A DNA stretch of 64,000 bases from the NCBI GenBank assembly GCA_051530055.1, contig CM121342.1, positions 10,059,480 through 10,123,479 of the forward strand, read 5' to 3'. Positions 62,045 to 64,000 of this stretch are shown here, one piece after another. Both the position numbers and the translations under genes were made by a program. The notes under the pieces were generated by a model that saw only the letters and a program-made list of their open reading frames with translations, searched no databases and was not told the origin of the DNA. This stretch comes from Neoechinorhynchus agilis (lineage: Eukaryota > Animalia > Acanthocephala). Position 1 is the first letter of the stretch; the number at the start of each line of letters is the position of its first letter.

Positions 62045-64000
62045 ATGCGTCCAAAGGTTCCTTGTAAGATTGCTATCCAATGGAAAAAGAAGAAATTGAA
62101 ATTAGGTCGGCGACTGGATCGTCTTCGTTCATTAAAGCCGGAGGTTACAACCAAGAAAGTTAGGGCACCAAAGCAAACTATAATGAACGCCGGAAGTTTT
62201 AATTTAATTCAATCGAATGTTCATGATTTAGACGATAGAGAACTGACCAGCGGTCTACTGATCGATCTTCTCGAGAATCTTGTAAATGATTGTGTAAATC
62301 AAAGAAGTGCTAGAAGTTTAGAGAAGCACGTTCGATTGATGGAGATTGTATTGAGGCGGATAAATTCGGGAAAGATATTGATTTTTGTTTTTGACCGACT
62401 AACAGTGCTGATTTCTCGAATAGGATGGAAAGCAAAAGAAAAGCATTTGTTGAAACGCTCAATAGATCTTCTTAGTAAACTCAGTGGTCAGTTTCATCGA
62501 TATTATGGACCCATCAACCAGTTTTATGTGACCGCAAATGAATATTGCACTGTTAGTTTGATTGAACAAAACTGTGCCAGTCGCCAATACGAGCGGTATT
62601 GTTCGTTTTTTCGAAAGATGTGGATCATTGTAACCGATGAAGACGATATTGGACCAAGTGCATTAGTATTGGCTAATCTTATTGACTCAATAATCGATCC
62701 AAACGTTCTTTTCAAAGAGGTTTTGTGCTTGTACCTTTTTGCTTTAACTTCCTCCTCTCAATTTGAAGGACATGAACATATATCCGGAAGTTCTTTTACA
62801 ATTGTTCAAAACAATGATATGCCGTTTTCCGTACAAAACAACGGAATCTATATTGATTTCTAACAAAAACGAATGCTCTCTCGTTAGTATTTTTGTTTGA
62901 GATGTTTCTTAAAATACTTTTTTTATAGCGAATTATCAAATAATTGATTTATTTGATAATTCGCTATAAAAAAGGAAATGATGAACATCTTTCCAATTTC
63001 TTAAAATAATCACCAAAAAACAATATATAGATACAATCAACTAATTCCGATAATGTCATTGGAGTCAATTTGGCCATCAGTAGTTTTGTGTTTAAATGTC
63101 ATCAATACATTGAACGAACTTCTGTGTCGGTTGAACATTTCTCGGTCGTTGGTGAATACGTGTGCAATATTTTCAAATCGAGCAACGAACAACGCATTAA
63201 TGCAAAACGAATCATTCGAATAATCGATAGTTATATTGATTGCGGGAGTCAGCTAGTGACGATCGGATTAAGCATTGAATTATTGAAGAGCCTTTTGGTT
63301 TATGCCACCGAAAAACATGAGTTATCCCAGTCTAGATATGCTGCAATTAATTGCGCTTTTCGTCTTCGTCGAAGTGCGAAATTCAAAGATCTAAATAGTA
63401 CCGATCACGAAATTGATTCGGTGCTAATCGATGTTCTGTCGAAAACTCTTAGTCAATGTGTGCCACATTATGGCAATCCGAATTGTGATTCAATGATCTT
63501 ACTCGTTTGTAACAAACTGATGTCATATTGTGGACATAATCAACATTCAATTCGTCTCATTGATGTCATTGAACAATTAATGCTAAGACTTCTCTCAAAT
63601 CTAAAGCTGAGAAATCTTAGCGATATCTGATCTGATTAGTTGCCGTCAAGAAGCGCTCAGTGAACAAGTTACTGTCAATATTATAAAAGTCTTTTTGCTA
63701 TATAATCATCAATCGATCCGTTTAGGCACATTCTTGTCTCCAATGCGAAAATCGTGGCCTCTTCATCTTATTCAAGACATTCTCAAAGCACAAACTGATT
63801 CTGATCGTAGTGTGCTCTCTTTGAGTCTTATAGTCGGCATATCTCGAAGCAAAATCGAGGAATTGCAGAAAATAAAAACGGAAGATCCCAAATCAAGTCC
63901 TGATATTATTAGAATTAGCGACGAAGAAATCGTACGGCACATTGAGCTTTGTGATTTGGTGATCGATTTTATTGAACCTACGAGTTTAATGTGGGGCCTG
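62045..64000 (+). CDS. Large helical-repeat-like protein, 3'-incomplete; exons about 62045-62830, 63031-63577, 63624 to window end
   Basis: Three consecutive long frames; the last (DLISCRQEALSEQ...PTSLMWGL) is open to position 64000 and so absent from the ORF track. Confidence 0.7.
62919..62973. other. Perfect 25-bp hairpin with 5-nt loop inside a putative intron
   Basis: TTTTTTATAGCGAATTATCAAATAA-TTGAT-TTATTTGATAATTCGCTATAAAAAA. Confidence 0.9.
63578..63623 (+). other. Candidate non-canonical intron (46 nt; TAATGCT...TAGCGA|TA) with terminal stem
   Basis: CTAAGA/TCTTAG plus TTCTC/GAGAA stem; removal gives the needed frame change (IEQL-SDLISC); a weak GT-AG alternative (63553-63620) exists. 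Confidence 0.6.

Overview
AT-rich, gene-dense window from a compact-genome invertebrate animal. It carries protocadherins, 42-60 nt GT-AG introns and likely SL trans-splicing, and has no prokaryotic features. Genes: two tandem protocadherins sharing a 1686-bp near-identical core, a NUDT9-like Nudix-fold protein with a degenerate Nudix box, PGM3, C1orf35/MMTAG2, a possible dynein-light-chain-like gene, cytochrome b5 reductase, RPL19, FPGS, an alpha carbonic anhydrase, a Zn-ribbon/USPL1-like gene and several unknown ORFs. Repeats: decayed HERO/NeSL-like (RLE) and CR1/L2-like retroelements, Penelope remnants, a tRNA-derived SINE, MITE-like palindromes, a 241-bp array, a 128-bp satellite with higher-order structure and a 5086-bp-offset duplication. 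Main discovery candidate: up to seven interruptions in five genes (PGM3 x2, CYB5R, USPL1-like x2, FPGS, the 62-64 kb gene). All can be removed in frame by one non-GT-AG rule: start at TAA (TTG once), end just before an exon-initial TA, and close with an intron-specific terminal stem of about 10-20 bp. Where the stems have transition mismatches they are G.U on the sense strand. This looks like a second, structure-defined intron class, or TA-bounded DNA excision, coexisting with ordinary introns. All gene models were built by hand; no RNA data or database searches were available.
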